Positions 1 through 9,353 are shown, numbered from the stretch's first letter. The stretch: 64,000 nucleotides of DNA from Candidatus Taylorbacteria bacterium RIFCSPHIGHO2_12_FULL_45_16 (GCA_001821055.1 MHRT01000006.1:8572-72571); one strand, 5' to 3'. Notes: generated by a model from the letters alone, not told the origin. A program made the numbers and translations.

Positions 1-15
1 AAAGACGCTTTTCAT

Positions 16-756
16 TTAATATGTTTTGCCTAAAAATACTTTTTCCAAAACTCCAGTGGAAATAATTTCTTGTGGCCGTCCCTCGGTATAGATTTTACCC
101 TTGTCCAAGACATAGGCACGGTTCGTAATTTCCAACAATGACTTCAAATTGTGCTCTACAACAATGATGGCTGTCTTGCGACGTTCGTTGATCTCGCGGA
201 TCTTGGCGAAAACTTCTTTGACTATCTTAGGTGCCAAACCGAGTGATGGTTCATCCAACAATAATACCTTGGGGTCAGTCATCAGTCCGCGGGCAATAGC
301 TAACATCTGCTGTTGACCACCGGAAAGCGTGCCTGACTTGGCTTTGAGCTTGGCGCGCAGGGCCGGAAAAAGATCCAGGACATTCTCCATTCGCTCCTTG
401 CGCTCCTTGTTGCTCTTCACAGACCAGCCACCAATCTCAATATTTTCATAAACAGTCAAATGTTTGAACACCCGTCTGCCTTGCGGCACGAATGAAATGC
501 CACGATGGACGACTTCATGCGAAACAGGAGTGAAAGCGTGGTCTTCCCAATAAACTCGGCCAGACTCGATCGGAGCCAGACCGAAAATAGCTTTCAGGAT
601 CGTGGATTTGCCGGCGCCATTCGGTCCCATCAGAGCCACCACCTCACCTTCGTCGATATTGACCGAAGTACCATCCAGCGCCTTGACTCCACCATAGTGG
701 ACGTGAATGTCGCGGAGAGAAAGGAGGGTTTCTTTGAATGCCACCGTATTTGACAT
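16..756 (-). CDS. livF: Branched-chain amino acid ABC transporter ATP-binding protein LivF
   Basis: Walker A GPNGAGKST, signature LSGGQQQMLAIAR, LLLDEPSLGLAP. Start moved to ATG at 756, which has TATAAT 6 nt upstream. Confidence 0.92.
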   Translation of the reverse strand: MSNTVAFKETLLSLRDIHVHYGGVKALDGTSVNIDEGEVVALMGPNGAGKSTILKAIFGLAPIESGRVYWEDHAFTPVSHEVVHRGISFVPQGRRVFKHLTVYENIEIGGWSVKSNKERKERMENVLDLFPALRAKLKAKSGTLSGGQQQMLAIARGLMTDPKVLLLDEPSLGLAPKIVKEVFAKIREINERRKTAIIVVEHNLKSLLEITNRAYVLDKGKIYTEGRPQEIISTGVLEKVFLGKTY

Positions 757-877
757 GACTAAATTATAGCGTCTAGCGAGGATTTGTGGAAGCTTGAGTA
801 TAGGATATTGCAAAATTTGCATTTCTGGAGAAGATATTCTTTCCTTCACGGCGTGGTTTTTATTTCTGTCACTTTAA

Positions 878-1996
878 CTACTCTTCATACCGCACGAACT
901 TCCCATCTTTGATCATCTTCACAAAAATACTTTTGATGGCATCACCCTTCTCATCGATGCTGAAGGTACCGCCCGCTCCATGATAATCTTTGGTTTCATA
1001 TAAACACGCCTTAACCGCCACGACATTAATGCCGACTTTTTCAAAACAGGAATGGATCAATCGGGCCGCATCATAAGTATTGGCTGCGATAGTATCAGGA
1101 CTGGTTCCAAATTGGCCCTTGTATGAATCATAAAATGATCTGACTGATGAATCAGAATTCAAATCGTCGTATGAATAGGGGTACAACAATCCTTCCGACG
1201 CGCCATCGGATTGTGTCAGCAGTTCCGGTCCTTCAACTCCGATATTATAAAATTGCGCCGTAATACCAAGTTCATTGGCTTGTTTCAAAAGTACCGCACC
1301 TTGTTTCGGCGTAATGATGAGGAAAATATCCGTGGGATTGAGACTTTTGACCTTCGACAGTTCGGTTCGAAAATCATTGGCTTTCGAATCGAACTTCTCG
1401 ATTAATCCTACTTTCTTGCCCTGGGCTTCTATGACCGAACGAAACGTCTTGACGTAAGGATCAGTGATGGCGGTATTCAGTGCCAGGAAATGGATGGTGT
1501 CGCTCTTCATTTTTCCAGCCACGAACCGCGCGAAAATAGGAGCTTCCTGGTCGCTGTTATGGATCATCCTGAAGACATAATCACCCAATTGTGATATTTC
1601 CGAGGACTGCGCTCCAGTGACTATCATTAAAACCTGTGACTGCTCGGCTACAGGACCAGCCGCCATGACTTCGGATGAGCCATAAGGACCAATGATGAAC
1701 TTGGTGTTATCTAAGTCGATCAACTTTCTCAATGCGCTAACGGCCGTCTGGGCTTCATAGCGACTGTCTTCGACGACAAAACTTACCTTATATTTGCCAC
1801 CTGATTCATTGATGTCTTTTTCCGCAATCTCCAAAGCGTTCCTGCTGTATTCCCCCGCATCGGCTCTGGCACCGGTCAACGGAGCAATGACTCCGATCTT
1901 GACAGTCTCCGACGCGGCTGGTCTTTGAGCCACGATGACCCAGATGACCACTATAATAATAATTAAGGCTGTAATTACTTTCGCGGTTTTTGACAT
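878..1996 (-). CDS. LivK/LivJ-like ABC substrate-binding protein (paralogue 1), N-terminal membrane anchor
   Basis: VKIGVIAPLTG, VVEDSRYE, IIGPYGSS, C-terminal G..G.FSIDEKGD typical of Leu/Ile/Val-binding proteins. Confidence 0.88.
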   Translation of the reverse strand: MSKTAKVITALIIIIVVIWVIVAQRPAASETVKIGVIAPLTGARADAGEYSRNALEIAEKDINESGGKYKVSFVVEDSRYEAQTAVSALRKLIDLDNTKFIIGPYGSSEVMAAGPVAEQSQVLMIVTGAQSSEISQLGDYVFRMIHNSDQEAPIFARFVAGKMKSDTIHFLALNTAITDPYVKTFRSVIEAQGKKVGLIEKFDSKANDFRTELSKVKSLNPTDIFLIITPKQGAVLLKQANELGITAQFYNIGVEGPELLTQSDGASEGLLYPYSYDDLNSDSSVRSFYDSYKGQFGTSPDTIAANTYDAARLIHSCFEKVGINVVAVKACLYETKDYHGAGGTFSIDEKGDAIKSIFVKMIKDGKFVRYEE

Positions 1997-2001
1997 GGTT
2001 T

Positions 2002-3000
2002 TTATTTTACCTCAACCACCTCATTTCCCTTAACTTGTTTGAGAATCAGCGGTCGTTTATAAACTCCCGAGACATCAAACGTGCCTGACAAATCAAGTTT
2101 CTTTTTTATACACTTTGTATCATTGGAACATTCCTTCACTGCTCCAACTGCTATTCGAGCGGCTTGCTTTGACAATTCATATACAGCTCCTTGGGTTCCC
2201 TCCAAATTTCCAGGGTATGAATAGAAAACATCAGGAACCAAGGTGCGGACAGCCGGTAACTCAGTAACGTAAGTTCCGAATATTGGTGCCATCACGCCAA
2301 GTTGACGCAGTTTGATGACTCCATTACCGAAAAAGAAAGCGGCATCTGGAGAATAGATGGCATCAGGTTTCTCCGCCTTTATTTTTGCCAATTCTGATGC
2401 CACATCGCTATTTGCGTCGACAAATATATGATCAATTATTTCTCCGGTGAATTTTTGCTTGAATGCCTTCACATGAGTTTCAGAAAATGCATTGCGATAA
2501 CTGACCAAAGCGACCTTCTTGTATCCCCGTTCGTTCATTTTCATGGCCACAAAAGTGGACTCATCCTCAAGCGAATACTGGACGTTGAAGAAATTTCCTC
2601 CACTCTGTGAATAGAGATCACTTGAAGCAGCTGACGGTACAAGCACAATTGCACCAGTTTCCTTGATGAGCGGTATCACAGCTTCTTGCGGCGATCCGCA
2701 AACCGGACCAATGATGACTTGTATCTTTTCAAATTGTACCAACTTATTGAACGCGGAAACCGCATCCTTCGGCTCGCACTTGTCATCCTCAAAGACGAAT
2801 TCAACGTCAGGAGTTGATGACGCTTCAGATAACACGCCCTTGCGAACTTCCTCGCCATAGTCAGCAAATGGTCCCGAGAGCACAGATATAACACCAACTC
2901 GCAGTGGTTGGTTTGCCGGCTTCTCCCCCTTGGTCGCGATGATCCAGATGATCAGGGCGACAACTATTACCGTAATGATGATTTTTAGCGTCTTTGACAT
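2002..3000 (-). CDS. LivK-like substrate-binding protein (paralogue 2, shorter)
   Basis: LRVGVISVLSGPFA, FEDDKCEP, IIGPVCGS. Confidence 0.85.
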   Translation of the reverse strand: MSKTLKIIITVIVVALIIWIIATKGEKPANQPLRVGVISVLSGPFADYGEEVRKGVLSEASSTPDVEFVFEDDKCEPKDAVSAFNKLVQFEKIQVIIGPVCGSPQEAVIPLIKETGAIVLVPSAASSDLYSQSGGNFFNVQYSLEDESTFVAMKMNERGYKKVALVSYRNAFSETHVKAFKQKFTGEIIDHIFVDANSDVASELAKIKAEKPDAIYSPDAAFFFGNGVIKLRQLGVMAPIFGTYVTELPAVRTLVPDVFYSYPGNLEGTQGAVYELSKQAARIAVGAVKECSNDTKCIKKKLDLSGTFDVSGVYKRPLILKQVKGNEVVEVK

Positions 3001-3086
3001 GGTTTTGATGGCTACATTAATAGGTAAATTAGTACGAGGTTATTCTAGCACTTTCAAATAAAAAAAGAACCCCTAACCCAGCATCC

Positions 3087-3116
3087 GATCATTTTGTTGA
3101 CGTCAACAAAATGATC
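3087..3116. repeat. Perfect 30-bp palindrome GATCATTTTGTTGACGTCAACAAAATGATC
   Basis: The sequence equals its own reverse complement; intergenic. Confidence 0.95.
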
Positions 3117-3148
3117 ATTTCCGTCAAGCCAGACCTGGTCGGTTTCTA

Positions 3149-3214
3149 ATCTTCATGATTTCTTTATCGTTTCTTCATCAATTCTTTATCACTTCTTCAC
3201 TGTTTCTTCATTCC
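3149..3214. repeat. Six tandem 11-bp-period repeats (consensus TTCTTYATC..)
   Basis: atcttcatgat|ttctttatcgt|ttcttcatcaa|ttctttatcac|ttcttcactgt|ttcttcattcc. Confidence 0.85.
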
Positions 3215-3234
3215 GGTTTGATACGATTTTGAAC

Positions 3235-3615
3235 ATGTCAGAAGAATTATGGCGACAATTCATTCAAAAAGCCCGAGAAAGCTACTATAAGATTGGAGCT
3301 ATTCCTTGTCCTGCCTTCGATGGAGAATTAGTATATTTTAATAAATATGGTTGGAATCATATAATTAGGAAAAAAGGCAAAGTTAGACATAGAGAAGAAC
3401 AGATAAGAAGGATCCTCTTGATTCCCTATTTAGCAGAGATAATAAAAACCAGTATTCATTGGAAAGACCACCGTACAGGGAAGGAAAACAGTGAATTCTG
3501 GTCATTTTCAAAAAAATTCAATGACAAGACAATCACCGTGGTCGTACGTCGAGATATGACCAGAAAATATTTCTTCAGCGTTATGGATGCGCGCAACACA
3601 AAAGGCCCCTATTAA
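3235..3615 (+). CDS. Small basic protein, putative PBECR/RelE-colicin-fold ribonuclease (toxin-like)
   Basis: 126 aa; CPAF..ELVYFNKYGWNHI, R..EQIRR, C-terminal beta-strands ITVVVRR..KYFFSVM resemble BECR-fold nucleases (by eye). TACGAT lies 7 nt before the ATG. Confidence 0.55.
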   Translation: MSEELWRQFIQKARESYYKIGAIPCPAFDGELVYFNKYGWNHIIRKKGKVRHREEQIRRILLIPYLAEIIKTSIHWKDHRTGKENSEFWSFSKKFNDKTITVVVRRDMTRKYFFSVMDARNTKGPY

Positions 3616-3754
3616 GAGCCTTCTGCAGAATCTCTGCGACGTGCAGAGCAAGATTGTTCCGGAGGGACCCGAACCCCCTCAACGCCTCTAGCATGCCATA
3701 TATAAATCACGGCCGTAGCCCTGCGGGACTTACTACATCAGAACTGATCTTTAT
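3600..3754 (-). ncRNA. Candidate ~155-nt tRNA-like (cloverleaf) ncRNA convergent with the nuclease gene
   Basis: Own promoter and terminator, no ORF. Closing stems AAGAU/AUCUU and GUUCUG/CGGAAC enclose four arms, the last being T-arm-like GGGGG-UUCGGGU-CCCUC. Confidence 0.6.
3602..3622 (-). terminator. Intrinsic terminator of the minus-strand ncRNA
   Basis: Minus strand AAGGCUCUU-AAU-AGGGGCCUU followed by UUGUGUU; overlaps the stop codon of the plus-strand ORF. Confidence 0.65.
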
Positions 3755-3760
3755 GTGATA

Positions 3761-3788
3761 AGTTTAGCGGAAAATTGGTAACTGTCAA
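3761..3788 (-). promoter_or_regulatory. Sigma70-type promoter for the ncRNA
   Basis: TTGACA (3788-3783), 16-nt spacer, TAAACT (3766-3761). Confidence 0.65.
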
Positions 3789-3801
3789 GAACATGAGCAG
3801 T

Positions 3802-4896
3802 TTATTTCACCTGAACCGGCTTGATCTCTCCATTCTCCACCATATTGATGACTATCGGCTGAATCCTGACTCCCACTTCATCAAATGAAATCGGACCAGA
3901 TACGCCTTCAGTGTTCACATTCTCGATCCCATCAATCCATTTTTTGTCATCAGAATCATAATTTTCTACCAGCACGTTGAATATGTCATACCCAAAATCT
4001 GCAATAAATCCTGGTTCTGCTCCATATTTTTGCTTGAATGCTTCTTGAAAATCATCAGCTTTACCTGATTTGAGCCAAAGAGAACGCGCGCCATTCAACC
4101 TATTCGTATCACCAAGTATCCTTTTATAATCAGCAAAGCCGGTCTGGAGTTGAGCATCAAAGCCAAAAAATGGTGGCGTCTGATCAATAGTCAATATTTC
4201 CTTAACGGCAATTGCACCATTTTCCGGAGAGGTCAAGAACACCACAGCATCATAATTTTCAGCCGATATTTTTATTGCATAGTCACGAAGATCCGCTCTT
4301 TCACTCACAATGAATGGAGTAAATCCACCCTCATAACCATCGCTGAATGCATTGAAGAAGCTCAAGCCACCGGCAGTATTGTCGTAAATGACAGCTACTT
4401 TTTTAAACTGGTAATTATCTTCTAGATACTGTGCAAATTGTATAATCGGCGCTTCGCCAGAAGGACTCATCTGGAAGATGTTGTCATTCGCTACCCCCAC
4501 AGTTTGTATGCCAAGTTGCATGACCGGAATTCCATCCTTAATCATATCAGTGTGAATAGCATCAATGACCGGTGTTGAAAGCATCATGATTGCGTCGACT
4601 TTGTCGAAATCCATGAGCTTCCTGTAGGCACTCACGCCCTTTTTGGTTTCAAATCCATCATCTTCGATAACCATTCGTATCGAAATGTCGGGATTACTTT
4701 TTCTATATTGGTCAAGGGCAAGTTCAACACCTTTCTGGTAGTTCTGTCCGGCAACTGCATATTCTCCTGACAACGGGAGCATCAAACCAAGCGTCAGTTC
4801 CCCTGGCAGGCGTGAGACATTCCTGAAGACAATAGATATGGCAATAACGATCAATACAGCCACTGATATCCAGATTAGTTTTGTTTTATTTTTCAT
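3802..4896 (-). CDS. LivK-like substrate-binding protein (paralogue 3)
   Basis: LGLMLPLSGEYA, IEDDGFE, EGVSGPISFDEVG. Confidence 0.85.
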   Translation of the reverse strand: MKNKTKLIWISVAVLIVIAISIVFRNVSRLPGELTLGLMLPLSGEYAVAGQNYQKGVELALDQYRKSNPDISIRMVIEDDGFETKKGVSAYRKLMDFDKVDAIMMLSTPVIDAIHTDMIKDGIPVMQLGIQTVGVANDNIFQMSPSGEAPIIQFAQYLEDNYQFKKVAVIYDNTAGGLSFFNAFSDGYEGGFTPFIVSERADLRDYAIKISAENYDAVVFLTSPENGAIAVKEILTIDQTPPFFGFDAQLQTGFADYKRILGDTNRLNGARSLWLKSGKADDFQEAFKQKYGAEPGFIADFGYDIFNVLVENYDSDDKKWIDGIENVNTEGVSGPISFDEVGVRIQPIVINMVENGEIKPVQVK

Positions 4897-5046
4897 ATAC
4901 CTATCTTATTATTAAATCTGCGATAATAATGATATCAGAAAATACTAAATCATACCAAATTTAAACAATGTACCGTATTCACCTTGTATTATATAAAGAT
5001 TCTAAGAATTCTTGACGAATTTTTCGACAAGGAGTAATATGTACAC

Positions 5047-5874
5047 ATGTATATTGGAACAAAAGCGGCGGCCTTGCTAGGTCTTACCCCAAGCGACGTA
5101 ACTATACTTAAGGCGATTTCCTCCAAGGAATCAGCCATACCTGACATAGCCTCAAGGACCGGTGTACCTCGCACTTCCCTGTACTACATGCTGTCAACAT
5201 TAGAAAGGCGTTCACTTGTCTCGAATTATGAACGTCGAGGTAAAAAATATTGGAAAACCTCATCAGTCGAGGAATTGCGTACGAGATACACCTCCCTATT
5301 TAATGGATTTGATAGTCTTAAAGACGATAGAATCGTGAAGGAAATGTCTCGGGAGACAACAGTGACGTTTTATCGTGGAAATTCCAATGTTATCAATGTG
5401 TTAAGAGAGATATCAGACCTGCCACTAAAAAGTAGATTCTATGGCATCCAACCAGAGGCTTCTATCATTCAAGCGGTCACAAGAAATGACATAAAAGAAA
5501 TAATCCGCTTCAATCGGAAGATAAATTCTAAAAAGTTGATAGTAGAAGGTATCATTCATGAGAAAGGAACTGATTCCATGATTAAAGTCTTGCCTACGAG
5601 AATCGGAATAGAACTCTTAAAAAGTTTCTCAAATCGCTCTGCCGACACAGTCAAACTACCAGATAATTATTTAAACAAAACAAAATCAGAGATATATCTT
5701 TACAATAACAAAATCGCCATCGTTAATTGGTCGGAAGAATTCGCAGTTATTATACAAAATAAAGATGTCTTCGATCTACTCAAAGAAATGTTCAACTCGA
5801 CCAAATATCTTCTCGAGAGATACGATCAGAACGAAAAGATCGCCAGAAAACTTGTGGACTTCGGCAGTGTCTAA
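5047..5874 (+). CDS. TrmB-family HTH transcriptional regulator
   Basis: LGLT...IASRTGVPRTSLYYMLSTL winged helix-turn-helix; C-terminal EIYLYNNKIAIV..AVIIQN effector domain; divergent from the livK paralogue 3 gene. Confidence 0.75.
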   Translation: MYIGTKAAALLGLTPSDVTILKAISSKESAIPDIASRTGVPRTSLYYMLSTLERRSLVSNYERRGKKYWKTSSVEELRTRYTSLFNGFDSLKDDRIVKEMSRETTVTFYRGNSNVINVLREISDLPLKSRFYGIQPEASIIQAVTRNDIKEIIRFNRKINSKKLIVEGIIHEKGTDSMIKVLPTRIGIELLKSFSNRSADTVKLPDNYLNKTKSEIYLYNNKIAIVNWSEEFAVIIQNKDVFDLLKEMFNSTKYLLERYDQNEKIARKLVDFGSV

Positions 5875-5877
5875 GCA

Positions 5878-6630
5878 CTACTCCCCCAAATACGCCTCAA
5901 TAACGTCTTTGCGCGCCAGCACCTCGCTCGGCTTCCCTTCTGCCAATAGCTGACCGGCATCCAGCACATAGAGATGATCGGACAATTCGCGGATCAGGTC
6001 CATGTTGTGCTCGATCAGCACCACCGTCTTGCCGTGCTCGCGTAATTCCTTCATCACTGCCACCACCGTCTTCGTCATTTCCGGAAAAAGTCCGGCGAAC
6101 GGCTCGTCGAAGAAGACAATCTCGATATCACCGACGCCACCATGGACAATGGCCAGCACTCGGGCGATCTCCAGAAGTTTACGCTGGCCATAAGAGAGGT
6201 TCTTGGCCAGCTCATTGCGCTTGTCCCAAAGACCAACTTTCCGGAGCACTTCCTCGGCCTTCTCCAAATGAAAGGCTGTGTGCCTCTCGAACAGCGACCG
6301 CCAGATGCTCCGCTCCGTCAGGACCACCAGGATATTATCCAGAACCGGCATCTGTTCGAACAAGCGGACATCTTGGAATGTGCGAGTTATGCCATAGAAC
6401 GGGACTTCGTAGGCTCTAATACGGGTTAGTTTTTCTGCGCCAGCAATGATGACTTCTCCGCCATCGATCTCGTGCATGCCAGTGAGGACATTGACCAGTG
6501 TTGATTTGCCCGAGCCGTTCGGCCCGATGATCGAGGTGATCTTGCCTGACTCAAAGGAAATCGAAAGTTTGTTGACGGCATAGACTCCGTCGAAGTGCTT
6601 GGTCAGGTTGTGGGTGGTAAGGAGGGGCAT
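5878..6630 (-). CDS. livG: Branched-chain amino acid ABC transporter ATP-binding protein LivG
   Basis: GPNGSGKST, GITRTFQ, LSYGQRKLLEIAR, EAYLG at the C-terminus. Confidence 0.92.
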   Translation of the reverse strand: MPLLTTHNLTKHFDGVYAVNKLSISFESGKITSIIGPNGSGKSTLVNVLTGMHEIDGGEVIIAGAEKLTRIRAYEVPFYGITRTFQDVRLFEQMPVLDNILVVLTERSIWRSLFERHTAFHLEKAEEVLRKVGLWDKRNELAKNLSYGQRKLLEIARVLAIVHGGVGDIEIVFFDEPFAGLFPEMTKTVVAVMKELREHGKTVVLIEHNMDLIRELSDHLYVLDAGQLLAEGKPSEVLARKDVIEAYLGE

Positions 6631-6636
6631 GGATTT

Positions 6637-7326
6637 TTATGCCAGATTAATCAGGCTTTTTGTGATACGTTGAACTTCTTTTCTGAAAAATTCCTTTACT
6701 ACCTTCCAGCTTACTTCGAAGTAAATTTCTGGGGTAGGATCATCTTCGGCATCCTCAAAATAGACAAGGCTTTTGAGGACATGGCTGGGGTTTTGTTTGA
6801 CTGAATATTGGAGTTGCGCGGACTCAATACTCTTCATGAGGTCTTGAACGTGGAGAGAAATCCAGTAGAGGTCGATGAAATCGCGTTTTTTGCCGCGTTG
6901 ACATATTGCCACGATTTTCATGGCGGCGATGTCCTCAGGTCTGACCAGAGAAACAGTTCCGATCTTTAAAAACGGCTTGGAAAAAGTGACGAACGGATAG
7001 GCGATCAAGCTTATTTTAGCTCCATCAATTTCCCCGAATATCGTCCCTGGACTAAGTGAGGTTGTTTTCCATGCCCCAAGCATACTCAATGTCTCTTCAG
7101 CTTTTTTTTCGTCAAAAGATTTCTCGGTGGTGAAAAAATCAAGATCTACGGACTTGCAATGTCCGACTTGCAGTGCAAGCGCTGTTCCCCCAGCCAAATA
7201 CCATCCGCCTGTTGAAAAAAATTGAAAGGTAATGCATTTCAAAAATGCCTTCTGCGTGACATCAGGCAGAGCACTCAAATGCAATCCATCTAAAACTAGT
7301 TGATCTATGTTAGGAGAAGCGTCCAT
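6637..7326 (-). CDS. AbiEii/AbiGii-family nucleotidyltransferase toxin
   Basis: YLAGGTALALQVGH.KSVDLDFF, DIAAMK, RG.KRDFIDLY. Confidence 0.85.
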   Translation of the reverse strand: MDASPNIDQLVLDGLHLSALPDVTQKAFLKCITFQFFSTGGWYLAGGTALALQVGHCKSVDLDFFTTEKSFDEKKAEETLSMLGAWKTTSLSPGTIFGEIDGAKISLIAYPFVTFSKPFLKIGTVSLVRPEDIAAMKIVAICQRGKKRDFIDLYWISLHVQDLMKSIESAQLQYSVKQNPSHVLKSLVYFEDAEDDPTPEIYFEVSWKVVKEFFRKEVQRITKSLINLA

Positions 7327-7529
7327 AATGCTTTTGATTTAGGGGCGACTTGGCTTCGGGGTAAATCCATAACCTGTCTGATCTCTTCTTTTGGATAGGT
7401 TTTGAAAAGCCAGCCAACCTCATCAAGTTGTCCAAAATCCAAAATCCGTTCAATGATGTATCGAGCATTTTTCTTGATATCAATATTGTCCGGATTGGTA
7501 TCCCAGAACAGCGATTGCCTGAATTTCAT
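7305..7529 (-). CDS. DUF6922-like small antitoxin partner
   Basis: SLFWD...ID......YIIERILDFG; overlaps the downstream AbiEii gene. Confidence 0.75.
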   Translation of the reverse strand: MKFRQSLFWDTNPDNIDIKKNARYIIERILDFGQLDEVGWLFKTYPKEEIRQVMDLPRSQVAPKSKALWTLLLT

Positions 7530-7588
7530 GCCTATATTATAGCATATTTCAGCTCCAAAATCACCGAAAATGGCAAGTAATTGTCCGC

Positions 7589-8239
7589 TTATTCATCCTC
7601 TAGAAGCGGTGGATATTGTTCAGGACCAACGCCTCGCTGATCAATAACTTTCGGAAGATAGTCCATCTCATCGACCCGCTTGGAGGCGCGGCGACCAATA
7701 TATTTAAAACTGAATTCATGGCTGTCTCCAAAGTCGAATACAAAATTAAGTCTGGGATAAGCAACGTAGTCCAGCTCCGCAATCCGAACCATATTAGTGT
7801 GATATGTCGGATATTGGTCGTTATCGAAACCCCTGGAACCTATAGAGTAAGGCGAGTATGAATGCCGAAATACTTTGCCATTCCTGATCTCTGGAAAATA
7901 GAAAGCGTGCAAATGATCATTATCCCAACCCATTGATTCTATTATCCCCTTGGCCAGATCCCCGAATGTCTGACTGCCTTCAATTTCAAATTCGCGCCAA
8001 ACCGGCTTTTTCCAAAGATAATCAACGCGGAATTTGAATACGTCTTGATAAAACGGTTCTTTCTTCTCAAAGACTCCGCTCATGTATTTTTTATAATCTT
8101 CATATTCCTTGATGATCCCCTTCAAGGCCTCAACATGCCTCTTCTCGGCGATTGCCTGATTGATCGTCTTGTAAAAAGACTTTTCGCCTTGGATCGGTGG
8201 GATGTGTCTGGTCAGGTTTTTTGTAGATAATGCAGGCAT
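7589..8239 (-). CDS. pRiA4b ORF-3 / TnpR-like family protein
   Basis: VWREFEI...TF.DL...I..SMGWDNDHLHAF and F.FDFGD motifs, ending in PEQYP. Confidence 0.75.
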   Translation of the reverse strand: MPALSTKNLTRHIPPIQGEKSFYKTINQAIAEKRHVEALKGIIKEYEDYKKYMSGVFEKKEPFYQDVFKFRVDYLWKKPVWREFEIEGSQTFGDLAKGIIESMGWDNDHLHAFYFPEIRNGKVFRHSYSPYSIGSRGFDNDQYPTYHTNMVRIAELDYVAYPRLNFVFDFGDSHEFSFKYIGRRASKRVDEMDYLPKVIDQRGVGPEQYPPLLEDE

Positions 8240-8240
8240 A

Positions 8241-9353
8241 TTATTTTAATGATTCAATCTTACTTACCTTGCCACCATTTAGTTGGAATACAGCTAGTGG
8301 AAGATGGCTACGACCATCTGAAGAAATAGTGAGTTTTCCAGACGTTCCTTGATACTCCTTAAAATCTTTCATAGCTTCTAATATCTCTTTTTGGTCCGTG
8401 CTCTTTTTCAGGAATGAGAACAATATGTTGGCGGAGTCATATGATTGACCGGCTGGCATCCCTGGTGCTACTCCAAATTTATCGGTAAATTTTTTGATAA
8501 AATCAGTTGCATAATAATCCGGAGCAATAAATTGTAGACCCTCCGTCCATTGAGAAGTCTCACCTGCTAAATAATCATCAACTTCAATACCATAAAGTTT
8601 TCCTTTGAAACCCAGATTGTGGACCTCTTTGCTCGAATTAACGAATTGATAATAGGTTCCGAAATAAATAGCTTCAGGTTTCGTCGCTAAAACCTTTGTG
8701 ACAGGCAACTTCATATCTGAAGCTGATGGCTGCACAACTTCAACATCGGTCACGTTGCCTCCTAGTGCCTTAAATTTATCGACAAAAGCATTAGTAACAG
8801 TTTGCTCCCAAGCATCCAATGTTCCAATTACCCCTACCTTGCGAATACCTTGATTGTAGACATATTCTGCTAGTTGGCCTGACTCGCTTTCGGCATCAGT
8901 CCAAATAAGAACTGGGTTGCTTAGATTTGTACGATTCTGCACAGGAAGAAACCCAGGTGCAATTGAAGGGATTTGGGTTTGTTCAATCAAAGGAATAACT
9001 GACGCGGTTTCTGTTTGATTTAAAGGTCCAATAATAGCAGTTACTTTTTCAATTCCTGTAGCGTGTTGAAAGACAGAAACTGTACGCTTTGGATCGCTAG
9101 CAGTATCTTCATAAATCATCTGGATTTGTCTGCCATTAATTCCTCCTGCGTTATTAATTTCTTCAGTAGCAAGCTCAATTCCTTTCTTAGCATTTTCTCC
9201 CCATGCGGAAGCACCCCCAGTAAGACTGAGGAGTGAAGCGACTTTTATTGGTTCTGTGGATGTCGGAGTAGTACTTGGTGATTTGCTCGAGACTGCCCAG
9301 ATGATGAGAATGACGACGATAATGGCCATGATCACTCCGATTGTTTTTTTCAT
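8241..9353 (-). CDS. LivK-like substrate-binding protein (paralogue 4)
   Basis: Start moved to MKKTIG; INNAGGINGRQI..IYEDTASDP. Confidence 0.87.
   Translation of the reverse strand: MKKTIGVIMAIIVVILIIWAVSSKSPSTTPTSTEPIKVASLLSLTGGASAWGENAKKGIELATEEINNAGGINGRQIQMIYEDTASDPKRTVSVFQHATGIEKVTAIIGPLNQTETASVIPLIEQTQIPSIAPGFLPVQNRTNLSNPVLIWTDAESESGQLAEYVYNQGIRKVGVIGTLDAWEQTVTNAFVDKFKALGGNVTDVEVVQPSASDMKLPVTKVLATKPEAIYFGTYYQFVNSSKEVHNLGFKGKLYGIEVDDYLAGETSQWTEGLQFIAPDYYATDFIKKFTDKFGVAPGMPAGQSYDSANILFSFLKKSTDQKEILEAMKDFKEYQGTSGKLTISSDGRSHLPLAVFQLNGGKVSKIESLK

Noticed and set aside
3149-3214. Possible CRISPR array
   Set aside because: The units are 11 bp with no unique spacers, and there are no cas genes in the window.
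3656-3744. Ochre-suppressor tRNA (loop centre UUA)
   Set aside because: It lacks a purine at 37, a pyrimidine at 32, the D-loop GG, a canonical T-loop and CCA. Reported as tRNA-like only.
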